A stretch of DNA of 64,000 nt from Candidatus Eiseniibacteriota bacterium (GTDB lineage Bacteria; Eisenbacteria; RBG-16-71-46; CAVPCR01), in NCBI GenBank assembly GCA_963702435.1, contig CAVPCR010000004.1:160001-224000 (forward strand), given 5' to 3'. The translations under genes and the position numbers were made by a program. Every line of letters starts with the position of its first letter. Within the stretch, counting starts at the first letter, position 1. Under the pieces are notes generated by a model, which saw nothing but the letters and a program-made list of their open reading frames with translations, made no database searches and was not told where the DNA came from. Positions 9,593-19,685 of this stretch are shown here, in pieces.

Positions 9593-11376
9593 CAGGAGCC
9601 CTCCGCGGCGGCGCCGCCGAGATCACCGACCGCGGCGCGCAGGTCCGGGGGATCGAGCCGCCGGCCTTCGGCAAGCCCTCGTTGCACCCACTCGAACACT
9701 GCCGCGTCGTGCCGCCGCCTGACCGGCTGCCGCTTCCGCGCCGAGGCAAGGGGCAGCTTCATGCGCGGGAGATTCCCCAGCGTGTCGGCGTGGCGGGTCA
9801 GGAAGGCCCAGTAGAGGGGCGTGATCGGGCAGGTCGCGCGGGGATCGAACGCACACCCTTTGCAGTAGTCGCTCATGCGGTCGATGTAGCTTGCCCCCGA
9901 CACGTAGGGCTTGGTCGTGAACAGATCGCCCAGCGCGAAGGTGGCCATGCCGAGGACGTTCGGCTCCACGACCCAATCGTAAGCATCGATGTAGGCCGAC
10001 CAGAACCAGTCGGTGAGCTCGCGCGGCGACACGTCGAGGAGTGTGGCGAGGTTGCCGAGCACCATGAGCCGCGTGATGTGGTGGCTACACCCCTCCTCCC
10101 AGACCGAGCTAACGACCTCGTCGAGACACCGGAGCCCGGATTCGCGTCCCCACCAGGCGGCGGGCAGGGGCCCGCGCGCGCCGAGGTGGGAGGGTGAGGC
10201 TCCGCCGTCGGCAGCAGGCTTGCCGGTGCCCGTACCCTCGTTCCACCAGGCTCCGCCGAAAGCTCTCCCCCACCCCCCGTCGCCCGGGGTCGTGGCGACG
10301 ACGCCCGGGGTCGTGGCGACGGCCGGGGTCGTGGCGACGGCCGGCCGGAAGCCGCCGGGCAGCGTCCGGAATCCATCCGTCGCCTCGTGCACGTGGTGCA
10401 TGAACTCCCGCCAGCCCAGGACCTGGCGGATGAAGCCCTCCTGGCTTTGGAGCGGCACCCTCGCCTGCGCCGCGTCATGAACGACCTCTCGCGGCAGGAG
10501 CCGGTGCAGGTTGAGGAGGGGCGAGATGCGCGTGTGGAAGAGCCCCCGCGAGCGGAGGGACATGGCGTCCTCGAACGGGCCGAAGCGCGGCAGGCACTCG
10601 CGAAGCGCCCAGGACCACAGGATCCTCGCGTCGGCGGCGGAGGTGGGGAGCAACGCGCCGTCGAGCCGGCCCGGATGGCGCGCGAACCGTGTCTCCACCA
10701 GCTCGAGGACCTCCGTCTTCACCGGATCGTCCTCGAAGCGGGGCGGATCCGGAGCGGGAGGCCGACCCTCCCATCGCTTGCGGTTCTCGACATCGAAGCT
10801 GAACTTCCCCCCGCTCGGCTTGCCATCCCGGGTCATCAGCACACCGCTCTCGCGCCGCGCCAGCCGATAGAAGGCGTCCATGCGCCACGGAGGTCCCTTG
10901 GGCGCGCTCCGGGCGAAGAGCCCCCCGGTCGTGAGCCATCCCTCGTGCGGTACGATCTCCACCGCGCCGGCGCGGACGAGGAGGGAGATCTCTTCGCGCA
11001 GCTCGCGTTCGGCCGGCCGCATGACCCGGATGGGGCCCACCTCCCTCGCGAGCGACTCCAGCGCGTCGCCGAATCCGGCGCGCGCCACGACATGGCGCAC
11101 GGCGACTCCCCGTTCCGCCTGTTCGAGCGCGAACCGACGCTGGTTGGCGAGGACGAGCGCGAGCTTCAGCTTGTGGTAGGGACGGCGCGCCGCCTTCTCC
11201 GGGCTCTCGATCAGGATGATCCCCAGGTGGCGCGGGTCTTCCTGCGCGAGGGGGCCGATGCGGTCGCTGAGCTGGTCGTACGGGACGTACAGCCAGCGGC
11301 GGCCCCGCGGATCGGGGTTCCTCTCGGCAAGGGCGGCGGTGAAACGGCTCACGGGCGACCCCCGCTTCCCGAGCAT
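9592..11376 (-). CDS. Cryptochrome/photolyase-related protein, Fe-S bacterial (PhrB/CryB-like) class
   Basis: YDQL, HKLKL, FGPFEDAM, EGFIRQVLGWREF, HHITRLMV, YIDAYDWVVEPNV, KPYVSGASYIDRMSDYCKGC..CP; start may be GTG at 11352. Confidence 0.92.
   Translation of the reverse strand: MLGKRGSPVSRFTAALAERNPDPRGRRWLYVPYDQLSDRIGPLAQEDPRHLGIILIESPEKAARRPYHKLKLALVLANQRRFALEQAERGVAVRHVVARAGFGDALESLAREVGPIRVMRPAERELREEISLLVRAGAVEIVPHEGWLTTGGLFARSAPKGPPWRMDAFYRLARRESGVLMTRDGKPSGGKFSFDVENRKRWEGRPPAPDPPRFEDDPVKTEVLELVETRFARHPGRLDGALLPTSAADARILWSWALRECLPRFGPFEDAMSLRSRGLFHTRISPLLNLHRLLPREVVHDAAQARVPLQSQEGFIRQVLGWREFMHHVHEATDGFRTLPGGFRPAVATTPAVATTPGVVATTPGDGGWGRAFGGAWWNEGTGTGKPAADGGASPSHLGARGPLPAAWWGRESGLRCLDEVVSSVWEEGCSHHITRLMVLGNLATLLDVSPRELTDWFWSAYIDAYDWVVEPNVLGMATFALGDLFTTKPYVSGASYIDRMSDYCKGCAFDPRATCPITPLYWAFLTRHADTLGNLPRMKLPLASARKRQPVRRRHDAAVFEWVQRGLAEGRRLDPPDLRAAVGDLGGAAAEGS
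10281..10344. repeat. Tandem repeat (18-21 bp, 3 copies) inside the photolyase
   Basis: Core CCGGGGTCGTGGCGACG x3, encoding AVATTP/VVATTP. Confidence 0.9.
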
Positions 11377-11574
11377 GATTGCGCGCCGGCGCGGAGCGCG
11401 AACCCCGGGCGACCGGCATGGTGAGCCTTCACGCAGGCCCATTGTACGCACCTCGTACTCACCTCGCGTCCGCGCCACCTCTCACCTCCTCTCACCTCCT
11501 CGATCGAGCGCTGCATGCTCCCCTGGCCCCGTCTCGCCCTGTGATGGTGCTCGAGGCTCCGCGACCGCCCGCTC

Positions 11575-12279
11575 TCACGTCCTCGTGACCGTGATCAAGT
11601 CGATCGCGCGCGAGCGCCCGTTCCAGTAGATGTTGACCTTTCGCGTCGTCGCGGCGAGCCCGGCCGCCGCCGCCGCCGCGATGAAGGCGCCGACGTAGGG
11701 GCGGCCCGCGTCCGTGATGAGGGCGTGCCCGGAGGGCTTGAGGATCCGCGGCAGGAGGGCCGCGATCGGCGCGACGCTCCGCGCCTCGTAGAGCACATCG
11801 GCGGCGATCGCGAGATCGAAATCGCCGGGCCAGTCGGCGTCGCGCCAGTCGAGGACCGCGGTCTGGATCGCGAGCCCGTTGCGGGCCGCGTTGGCTCGCG
11901 CGAACTCGAGCGCGGCGGCTTCGTAGTCGGTGACGAGCACGTCCGCGCCGGCCCGCGCCGCGGCGAGTCCGGCGAGCCCCACCCCGGCGCCCACCTCGAT
12001 GACGCGCCGGCCGTTGAGATCGAGCTCGAGGAGATGCCGCCCGAGCGCGACCGAGGCGGGCCAGATGTCGGCCCAGTACGGGATGCGCTCGTCGCGGGCG
12101 AACTCCGCCGGATCCACGTTCTCCATGAGCGCCATCGGATCGGCGGGGTGCACGATGTCGAGGACGATCGCGCCGAGGGAGACGCGGCGGAGCCGCGCGG
12201 CGCCGGCCGGGGTCGGCGGGTGCTCGGCAGGCGGTCGCTCGCGGTGACGGGGGCTTTGGGCTCGTCGCTGGTCGCTCAT
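11575..12279 (-). CDS. Methyltransferase (Methyltransf_16/protein-lysine MTase-like)
   Basis: ERIPYWADIWPAS, VIEVGAGVGLAG, VTDY, LDW, AADVLYE. Confidence 0.88.
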   Translation of the reverse strand: MSDQRRAQSPRHRERPPAEHPPTPAGAARLRRVSLGAIVLDIVHPADPMALMENVDPAEFARDERIPYWADIWPASVALGRHLLELDLNGRRVIEVGAGVGLAGLAAARAGADVLVTDYEAAALEFARANAARNGLAIQTAVLDWRDADWPGDFDLAIAADVLYEARSVAPIAALLPRILKPSGHALITDAGRPYVGAFIAAAAAAGLAATTRKVNIYWNGRSRAIDLITVTRT

Positions 12280-12288
12280 CGTGCCATC

Positions 12289-14850
12289 ATGGACAGGATG
12301 AACAGGATGATAGCGTGCCGGCGCCCGCAGCGGCGGGTCTTGTTCCTGAGCTCCGTGCTGGCGCTCGCCCTGGCCGCCCCCGCGTCGAGCGCCGGGATCG
12401 ATTTCAGCCCGGCCCGTCGCGACTTCGTCGCCGGCCGCCTGGTGCGCGATGTCGCGGCCATCGACTTCGACGAGGACGGCCTTCTCGATCTCGCCTGCGT
12501 GCGCTTCACCTTTCCCGGTGCGGTCACCCTCCTCCGCGGCGACGGGGCCGGGCACTTCACGTTCGCGAGCGAGCTCGTCGCTGGCGATGGCGCGACCTCG
12601 ATCCTGGCCGCCGACTTCGATGAGGACGGACACGTCGATCTGATCACGACCGGATTCGTGGACCAGGAGACGGGCACCCTCGGCTTCCATCGGAACGAAG
12701 GCGGCGGCGTCTTCACGACGACCAGCACGCTCTTTCCCGGCGAGAATCCGTTCCACGTCAACGGCGGGGATTTCGACGGGGACGGGCATCTCGACCTCGT
12801 CGCCGGCGGTACCGGGGACGGGCTCGTGCGCGTCCTCACCGGCGACGGCACCGGCCGCTTCAAGCTCGAGCACACGCTCCCCGGCGGGAGCGTGCCGCAG
12901 CACGTCGGGGTCGGCGACGTGGATGCCGACGGCGATCTCGATCTCGCCGTGGCCGACAATCGCGGCGGCGTCCTCCTCTACATGGGAAACGGGGCCGGCG
13001 GCTTCGCCCCGGCCGGCGCGCTCGCCACCGCCGCCGCGCCGGTGTGGATCGACATCCGCGCGGCGGGCGACCCCGCGCGGCCCTTCCTTGCGGTGGCGGA
13101 GATCGGCGACCCGCCGCTCGATCGCGACGGGGTCGAGGTCTTCCAGTGGAACCCGGACACGAGGTCGCTCGACCTCGTGGGTCAGGTCGACGCCCCGGGC
13201 GATCCGAGCGCGGTCGCCTTCCTCGAACCGGTGTTCTTCCACGAAGCGGAGAGGAGCCCGGCGGAAGAGGCATACGAGCGGCGCCCCGGGCTCGCCGTCG
13301 CGAGCCAGAGCTCCGCCGAGCTCCGGCTCTTCCGCTCGCTCGACGCCGAGCCGCTCGTCCTCCTCACGACCGACACGCCGACCGCGGTGCGCATCGCCGA
13401 CTGGGATCAAGACGGGATCCGCGACCTCGTCCTCCCGAGCTTCAACCTCGAGTCGGTGAGCTTCTTCGCGGGTTCGGGCGCGCTCGCCGCGCACGCGCCG
13501 GCGGTCCTCGTGTCCGGCGTGCCGCTCACCGTGCGCGCGCTCGACTTCGACGGGAATGCGGCTCCCGACCTGGCCGTCCTCCGGCGGAACGCGCGGCAGG
13601 TGACCGTGCTCAGGGGCGGACCGCTCGACCTCGGCGTGCCGACCTTCACGCTCCTCGACGTCGGCGCGTTGTTCCCGGATGTGCCGACCGGCTTCGCCGC
13701 GTTCGATCTGGGCGATGATGCGGTCCCCGACTTCGCGGTCGGGCGTGCGGTGGGGAGCCAGCTCTGGATCTTGCGCTCGAGCGCAGCTTTCGCCCGCGAG
13801 GAGATCTTCATGGCGGGAGCCGGGCCGACCGCCATCGAGGCCGCGGATCTGGACGGCGATGGGCGCGCGGATCTCGCCGCTGCCCTCTATCTCACCGATA
13901 ACATCTCGGTGCACTTCGGGGCCGCGGGCGGCGGCTTCGCGCCGCCGTTGCCGGTTGCGGCCGGCGACGGCCCGTACGCGCTCGCGGTCGCCGATCTCGA
14001 TGCCAACGGGCTCCTGGATCTCGTCACGAGCGACGATCTCGGCCGCTCGCTCTCGGTCGCGCTCCAGGGCCCGCCGCGCGCGTTCGCGCCGGGAACGGTG
14101 CTCGCGGTCCAGGTCGGCGCGCCGCGCGGGGTCGCTGCCGGCCATCTCGATGATGACGCGTTCCTCGATCTCGCCGTGGGCGGCGAGCTCGGGCTCGAGA
14201 TCTTCGCGGGGGACGGTGCGGGCGGCTTCGCTCCGGCGCGCTTCATCGCGACCGCCGCCGAGTTCGAGGCGGTGCGCATCGCCGATCTGGATCAGGACGG
14301 GCGCGCCGATCTCGTGGCCGTGGATCGGATCGGCAACGCGGTCGCCGTGTATCCGGGTGCGGAGCCGCGCGGCGGGCGCGACGTGGGCTATCCGCCGCTC
14401 GCCTTCGGCGTGGATCGCGGGCCGGCCGACCTCGATCTCGCCGATCTCGACGGCGATGGCTGGCTCGATCTCGCCGTGCTCGATCGCCAGGACGACAAGC
14501 TCACCATGCTCCTCACGGGGCGAAAGGTGCGGGATGCCGCATCCCCCGGGCGCTCGTCTCCGGTCTCGCAGTCGCCCGAGCCGCTCCGGGTCGCGTGGAC
14601 GCGGAACCCCTTCACGGTGGAGACCGCCGCGTGCATCGATGTCGCGACAGCGGCGCCGCTCGTGCTCGAGATCTTCGATGTCACGGGGCGGCGGGTGGCG
14701 AGGGTCGCCGGCGGGCCGCCCGCTCCGGGGCGGCATGTGCTTGCGTTCACGGGGCGGGATGAGCGCGGGCGCTCGCTCGCTCGCGGGGTCTACTTCTATC
14801 GCGTCGCCGCCGGCGACCGCGCGGCGCGCGGGAAGCTCGTCAAGCGCTGA
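12289..14850 (+). CDS. Secreted FG-GAP/VCBS repeat protein with C-terminal FlgD-Ig/T9SS-CTD-like domain
   Basis: Signal peptide; many DxDxDGxxDL repeats; C-terminal NPF..IFDVTGRRV..GRDERG..GVYFYR. Confidence 0.88.
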   Translation: MDRMNRMIACRRPQRRVLFLSSVLALALAAPASSAGIDFSPARRDFVAGRLVRDVAAIDFDEDGLLDLACVRFTFPGAVTLLRGDGAGHFTFASELVAGDGATSILAADFDEDGHVDLITTGFVDQETGTLGFHRNEGGGVFTTTSTLFPGENPFHVNGGDFDGDGHLDLVAGGTGDGLVRVLTGDGTGRFKLEHTLPGGSVPQHVGVGDVDADGDLDLAVADNRGGVLLYMGNGAGGFAPAGALATAAAPVWIDIRAAGDPARPFLAVAEIGDPPLDRDGVEVFQWNPDTRSLDLVGQVDAPGDPSAVAFLEPVFFHEAERSPAEEAYERRPGLAVASQSSAELRLFRSLDAEPLVLLTTDTPTAVRIADWDQDGIRDLVLPSFNLESVSFFAGSGALAAHAPAVLVSGVPLTVRALDFDGNAAPDLAVLRRNARQVTVLRGGPLDLGVPTFTLLDVGALFPDVPTGFAAFDLGDDAVPDFAVGRAVGSQLWILRSSAAFAREEIFMAGAGPTAIEAADLDGDGRADLAAALYLTDNISVHFGAAGGGFAPPLPVAAGDGPYALAVADLDANGLLDLVTSDDLGRSLSVALQGPPRAFAPGTVLAVQVGAPRGVAAGHLDDDAFLDLAVGGELGLEIFAGDGAGGFAPARFIATAAEFEAVRIADLDQDGRADLVAVDRIGNAVAVYPGAEPRGGRDVGYPPLAFGVDRGPADLDLADLDGDGWLDLAVLDRQDDKLTMLLTGRKVRDAASPGRSSPVSQSPEPLRVAWTRNPFTVETAACIDVATAAPLVLEIFDVTGRRVARVAGGPPAPGRHVLAFTGRDERGRSLARGVYFYRVAAGDRAARGKLVKR

Positions 14851-14874
14851 CCGCGGGAGCTGCCGCCGCCTGGC

Positions 14875-15441
14875 CTAGCTCGGGTCGGGCCCAGCCGGCG
14901 CGAGGCGCGCCGGCCACATGAGATCCCGGAAGAACGGGTTCGCCTGCGGCAGCGCGCCGCTCAGGTGCACGGCGTGCTCGGCGATCCAGCGCAGATCGGG
15001 CAGCACCTCGGCCGCGCTCGCCGGCGGGAAGGCGACCAGATAGGAGTCGCCGAACGCGAGCGCGCCGCCAGCACGGAGAAGGTGCGCGATCTGCGCCATG
15101 CGCACCTCGGGACTCGTCGCCTTCTCGCGCGCAGGGGCGGTGGCGAGGAGACGGGGCACCGGCAGACCGGGCGCGGGCGCTGCGTTCTCGAGCGCCGCAT
15201 TGCTCGCGAAGCGCCGCCCCGTGCCGTCGTAGATGCAGAGCGAGTCCGCCTCGATGGCGAGCGTGAAGGGCGGCCGGAGCTCGTTCCCGCGGGCGATCAC
15301 GACGCCCTCGGCGATGACCGTTCTCTGCGGCAGGAGCGCGCGTAACTCATCGCCGCGGGCGGTGGGAGCGGGCAGCAGAGGCGCGTTCAGGAACGCGACG
15401 AGGCAGAGGAACATGATGCGGGGGGAGATCGGGTTCAGCAT
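14875..15441 (-). CDS. Hypothetical secreted protein
   Basis: Hydrophobic N-terminal signal; plausible codon usage. Confidence 0.55.
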   Translation of the reverse strand: MLNPISPRIMFLCLVAFLNAPLLPAPTARGDELRALLPQRTVIAEGVVIARGNELRPPFTLAIEADSLCIYDGTGRRFASNAALENAAPAPGLPVPRLLATAPAREKATSPEVRMAQIAHLLRAGGALAFGDSYLVAFPPASAAEVLPDLRWIAEHAVHLSGALPQANPFFRDLMWPARLAPAGPDPS

Positions 15442-15851
15442 GGCTCTTGCGCTCCTGGGTCGGGGGGGATGCATGGTCGCGGTGCGAGGGAGCCCGCCCC
15501 GGAGCGGCGTAGCTGCAAGGACCGCGCCGGGCGGTGGGGAGTCCACGTCACGCGCAATCTGCACCGGGAGCGGGTCGAGTCGCCCGGGAAGTGACCGCGC
15601 CGGAGCGGGTCGTCGCCGTTCGGACGGGCGCCCGGTCCCGCCGCCGGCGGAGTCCCGGCCTCGCCCTGCGCCGTCCGGCGCAGCCGCTCGGGGCGGATGC
15701 CGCAGGAAATGGCGGCCCGGGTCGGACCTTGTGTTAAGATGCGGGCCGGCAAGCGTCGTCCGCTCTAATGTGCTAGGCGCCGCGGCGCCCGCCTCTTGAT
15801 TAGCCATGCCGTGATTGTCCACGGTCGGACGGTCCGGGAGGTAAAGGGGTC

Positions 15852-16475
15852 ATGCGGATCACACGAATCTTCATTGCGGTTCTCGCGGTCAGCGTTTCGT
15901 TTGGACTTGTCGGTTGCGCCAAGGCTCCGGCGGAGCAAGCGCTCAAGGCAGCGGAGGAGGCGATGGCGGCCGCTCAGGCCGATGTGCAACCGTACGTGCC
16001 CGATCGGTGGAACATGCTCACCGACGCGATGGAATCGGCGCGCAACGACTTCGAGAAGGGGAGCTACAAGCCAGCGCTTGATGCGGCCAAGGCGATTCCT
16101 GCGCAGGTCGACGAGGCGAAGACCATGGCCCAGGCGCGGAAGGATGAGCTGGGCATGTTCTGGCAGCAGATGGGAGCGAACATGCCGGCGATGCTCTCGA
16201 CGATGAGCGCCAAGATCGGTGAGGGCAAGGTGCCGGCCGGCATGACCAAGGACGAGGCCAAGGCCGAGGCGGCTGCTCTCACCGGCATGTGGGCGCAGGC
16301 CGACGCCGCGTTCCAGGCGGGTCAGGTGCTCGAGGCGACCAAGATGGGCGCCGAGGTCCAGGGGCGCACCGAGAAGATGCTCACCGGGATGGGCATCAAG
16401 GCGGGCGTGCTCCCGGCGCCCGGGCAGCCCGCTGCGAGCGGAGCGCCGGCCGGCGGCACGCCGCCCACTCCTTAG
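15852..16475 (+). CDS. Helical lipoprotein (DUF4398-like)
   Basis: Lipobox LVGC; Ala/Met/Lys-rich helical sequence; purine-rich RBS. Confidence 0.8.
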   Translation: MRITRIFIAVLAVSVSFGLVGCAKAPAEQALKAAEEAMAAAQADVQPYVPDRWNMLTDAMESARNDFEKGSYKPALDAAKAIPAQVDEAKTMAQARKDELGMFWQQMGANMPAMLSTMSAKIGEGKVPAGMTKDEAKAEAAALTGMWAQADAAFQAGQVLEATKMGAEVQGRTEKMLTGMGIKAGVLPAPGQPAASGAPAGGTPPTP

Positions 16476-16514
16476 CGAACGCCGGCCCTTCGCATCGCGC
16501 CGCGCCGATTACAG

Positions 16515-16548
16515 ACGGCCCGCGGCCTCGCCCGAGGTCGCGGGCCGT
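16515..16548 (+). terminator. GC hairpin downstream of the lipoprotein gene
   Basis: ACGGCCCGCGGCCTCG-cc-CGAGGTCGCGGGCCGT inverted repeat; no U-tract. Confidence 0.5.
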
Positions 16549-16727
16549 GGCATGACCGGCGCACATGCGTCCGCGCCGGGCTCGTCCGGCGGTCATCTTG
16601 ACAGCCCGTGCGATCGGCGCGACGATCGTACTACCCATCCCAGGGTTCGCTGGGCGCACGGTCGCCTGGTCGTCAGAGCCGGTGAAGCAACACAACGCAG
16701 GCGCGGGCGCCCCGGAGGTGTGCGGCC

Positions 16728-17309
16728 ATGCGTTGGCTGATCACGGTGCTCGCCGTGTTGTTGAGCCTCGTCCTTTCCCTCCTTCTCGGCGAACGGTTCC
16801 CGGCCGGCTCGCAGACCGCGGAGCCGGACCCCAATCTGAGCTTCGAGATCGACGTCACGCCCCAGGACGAGAAGCCGGATGGCTGGGTCCTGCGCGCGGA
16901 GGGAGCGGAGATCGAGTACAAGCGGGGGAGCGCGGCCGCGGGACGCTGGTGCGTCGTGCTCGAGAACTCGGATGCGGAAGGATGGGCCCGGATCGGGATC
17001 CCGGCGGCTCTCATCGCGAAGCCGGAGACCTGGTACAAGCTCCGCTACTGGGCGCTCTCGCGCGGCGATTCGGTCCGCTTCGGGTGGCGGCTCGCGAGCG
17101 CCGACCTGACCGCGGTGTCCGATGAGCTTGGCGCGATGGAAGGAGTCCAGGCCGGGGCGCCGAAGTGGCGCCTGACCCAGACCCGGGCGTTCAAGCTGAC
17201 CGCGGCCCAGCTCGAGCGCTACCCGCTCCTCGCGTTCTGCCTCGACGCCGGCCCCGCCGGCAGCGTCGACCTCGACGACATCGCGATCTCGCGCAGCTCT
17301 CCCGACTAG
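16728..17309 (+). CDS. Hypothetical exported protein, possible carbohydrate-binding jelly-roll
   Basis: GGAGGT RBS; signal/anchor; NLSFE..PDGW and C-terminal VDLDDIAI pattern. Confidence 0.65.
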   Translation: MRWLITVLAVLLSLVLSLLLGERFPAGSQTAEPDPNLSFEIDVTPQDEKPDGWVLRAEGAEIEYKRGSAAAGRWCVVLENSDAEGWARIGIPAALIAKPETWYKLRYWALSRGDSVRFGWRLASADLTAVSDELGAMEGVQAGAPKWRLTQTRAFKLTAAQLERYPLLAFCLDAGPAGSVDLDDIAISRSSPD

Positions 17310-17327
17310 TCGGCGCCCGCTCTGATC

Positions 17328-19685
17328 CTAGCTCGCCGCGTCGAGCCCGGCCCGGATCCGCCCGAGCCGTGCCGCGCGGTCGGCGACGAAGCGCTCTATG
17401 CCGCGGAAGATCCAGAGCGGCGAGAGCCGCGCCTCCTCGTAGATCTCCTCGACGGCGCCGCCCGTGCGCCAGCGGTTGTCGAAGTCGGGCGACAACGTGT
17501 ACTCGGCGGCGAGCGGGTTGAAGAACCAGTCGTACATGGTCCGCCGCCCGCGGTTCGAGATCACCATCGAGTCCATGCGATCGGCCGGCGTGAGCACGTG
17601 CTCCCGGTACTCAGTGGGCTGCACCGCGAAGAGCTGCGGGCTGATCGCGGCGACGATCTTCACGTTGAGCCCCGCCTTGTCGAGCTCGGGGAGCGCCTGG
17701 ACGAGGTTCGCCGTGGGCATCGTGCCCTGGACGATGACGGTGCCGCCACGCGGCTTCCCGGGATGATAGTCGCGGAGGATGTAGGCGCCCTTCGCCGCAG
17801 CGAAGTGCGAGGGGCACCGGAGTGCCGCGCGATCGGGGACGGTGATCGCCGGCCGCGTGAGATGGAGCGCGATGATCGGCGGCCCGAGCTTGAACGCGGC
17901 GCCGAGGACGACCGGCACCTCGTTCGGCTCCCACGGATGGACGTCCACGACGTGGCCGTCCGGGAAGAGCTGGGTCACGCCGGGCGCGAAGATCCCGAAG
18001 TGGGTGCGCGAGTCCTCGGCGGTCTCGGGCCCCGAGTGTCCGACCACCCACAGGGCCTTCCCGAGCTTGAGCGGACAGTCCTGCGCGAGCTGCGAGAAGA
18101 GGCGCATGAGCCCGTACTTGAGATAGGAGAACGAGCCGTAGGTCGAGCAGCCGGCGTAGAAGCCGAGGAAGTCCTGCTCCGGGTCCGGATGCATGTTGAC
18201 GGTGGCCATGCCGACCGTGATCCCCGCGTTCGTGAACTCGGTGATCTGCTGCGGGAGGAGGACGCCGTCGGGGTTCTTGTCCCACAGGTACCAGCCATGC
18301 CCGGGGAAGTCGCCGTGCTTCTTGGCGAAGCCCGAGATGTTGGTCGAGTCGGCGAGATCGGCCGCCATCGCCATGAACAGCGGCCGGCCGTACTTCTGGG
18401 CCGAGAAGGCGTTCACCCAGGCGCCCCAGCTCGCGAGCGCGGCGCGGTTCGGCTTCTTCTCGCCGGGCTTCGCGTAGAGCTCGGCCGGGTACTTCTCGTA
18501 GTCGTAGAGCGCGGGATCGTGGATCGGGTTGCGCTCGGGATCGAGCTTGAAGCTCTTGATATCGGCCGGCACCGAGTCGCCGATCTCGACCAGGCGGTCG
18601 GCCAGGTACTCGAGCACCTTCTTGTTCTCGCGGAGCACGCTCAGGGCCACCTGGTAGTTGGCGGTCGCCTGCGCGAGGAGCGCGCCCTTGTCGGCGGGGG
18701 CGGGCTGGCCGAAGCCGTCCCACTTCACCCCGTACTTCTCGGCGAAGACGCGCTTGGTCTCCCAGAAGAGCTCCGAGTTCATGGGGTGCGGCGTGCCGTG
18801 GCTCTTGTTGTCGTAGACCCCGTACTCGCGCCCCTTCCGCGTCTTCATGTAGGTGACGCCGGGCCGGCCGGCCAGGTGGTCGCCGTGCACCATGTCGAGG
18901 AGCGCGCGCGTGATGTCCGGCCAGTGGCTCCCGTTCTTCGCCTCGTGCACGTGCCAGCCGTAGGGCGCGAACCAGTCGTGCGGCGTGCCGTGGACGACGC
19001 TCGAGACCGCGTTGTCGTCGATGCCGAAGTCGTTCCAGTCGAGGACGTAGAAGAGGTTGTCGAGACCGAGCCCGTAGGCCGAGTTCTTGGTCTCGTGCGC
19101 GGCGCCGGCGGTGTGCCCGCCCTCGCCCTCGAAGGCGAAGACGCGGACGCCGTCCGCCCCGGCGCGCTTGAGCGCGAACGCCTCGCCGGCCGCGGCCGGC
19201 GAACCGTGGCCCGAGGGACCCGTGTTGAACTTGATGAAGAGGGTCTTCCCTTCCATCTCCACGTGTCCGGGGAGACCCTTGTTGCGGCGGAACTTGAGGA
19301 GGTCCTCCCAGGTCAGCTGGCGCTCGGCGGCGTTCGGAACTTCATAGCGCCGGTCGCGCGTCGCGGCCAGCCGCAGGCGAAGCGCCTCGTTGAAGGTGGC
19401 GAGCGTCGCGTAGATGAGAGGCGCCGTGTGCCCGGCAACGAGGATGAAGCGGTCGCCGAAGCGCTTCTCGGGATGGCGGAGGTCCCAGCGCATGACGCCG
19501 CCGAGAAGCGTCGCGACCAGCGCGTGCACCTTCGAGCGGCTCCCGCCCGGATGCCCGGACTGGCGGTAGTTGAGCATCAGGTCGATCAGCTGATCGATGA
19601 CGTCCTTCACCACCTCCCACTCGGCGAAGTGGGCGGCCTGTGCCTCGTAGCGGGCGGCGACTGGGCTCTCGGCGCGTACTGACAA
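17328..19685 (-). CDS. Transketolase-like ThDP enzyme (single chain)
   Basis: AAGGAG then TTG start; SGHPGGS, DRFILVAGH, GLPGH, TGPSGHG, ADLADS, HSGPETAEDSRTH. Confidence 0.88.
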   Translation of the reverse strand: MSVRAESPVAARYEAQAAHFAEWEVVKDVIDQLIDLMLNYRQSGHPGGSRSKVHALVATLLGGVMRWDLRHPEKRFGDRFILVAGHTAPLIYATLATFNEALRLRLAATRDRRYEVPNAAERQLTWEDLLKFRRNKGLPGHVEMEGKTLFIKFNTGPSGHGSPAAAGEAFALKRAGADGVRVFAFEGEGGHTAGAAHETKNSAYGLGLDNLFYVLDWNDFGIDDNAVSSVVHGTPHDWFAPYGWHVHEAKNGSHWPDITRALLDMVHGDHLAGRPGVTYMKTRKGREYGVYDNKSHGTPHPMNSELFWETKRVFAEKYGVKWDGFGQPAPADKGALLAQATANYQVALSVLRENKKVLEYLADRLVEIGDSVPADIKSFKLDPERNPIHDPALYDYEKYPAELYAKPGEKKPNRAALASWGAWVNAFSAQKYGRPLFMAMAADLADSTNISGFAKKHGDFPGHGWYLWDKNPDGVLLPQQITEFTNAGITVGMATVNMHPDPEQDFLGFYAGCSTYGSFSYLKYGLMRLFSQLAQDCPLKLGKALWVVGHSGPETAEDSRTHFGIFAPGVTQLFPDGHVVDVHPWEPNEVPVVLGAAFKLGPPIIALHLTRPAITVPDRAALRCPSHFAAAKGAYILRDYHPGKPRGGTVIVQGTMPTANLVQALPELDKAGLNVKIVAAISPQLFAVQPTEYREHVLTPADRMDSMVISNRGRRTMYDWFFNPLAAEYTLSPDFDNRWRTGGAVEEIYEEARLSPLWIFRGIERFVADRAARLGRIRAGLDAAS

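Noticed and set aside
11521..11536. 16-bp match CCCTGGCCCCGTCTCG to the 5' region of the HNH gene (about 40351-40366, minus strand) as a guide-target pair
   Set aside because: A match this short is expected by chance in 64 kb of very GC-rich DNA.
11575..14736. 1053-aa minus-strand methyltransferase fusion
   Set aside because: Only the last 234 aa are MTase-like; the rest is the antisense of the FG-GAP gene.
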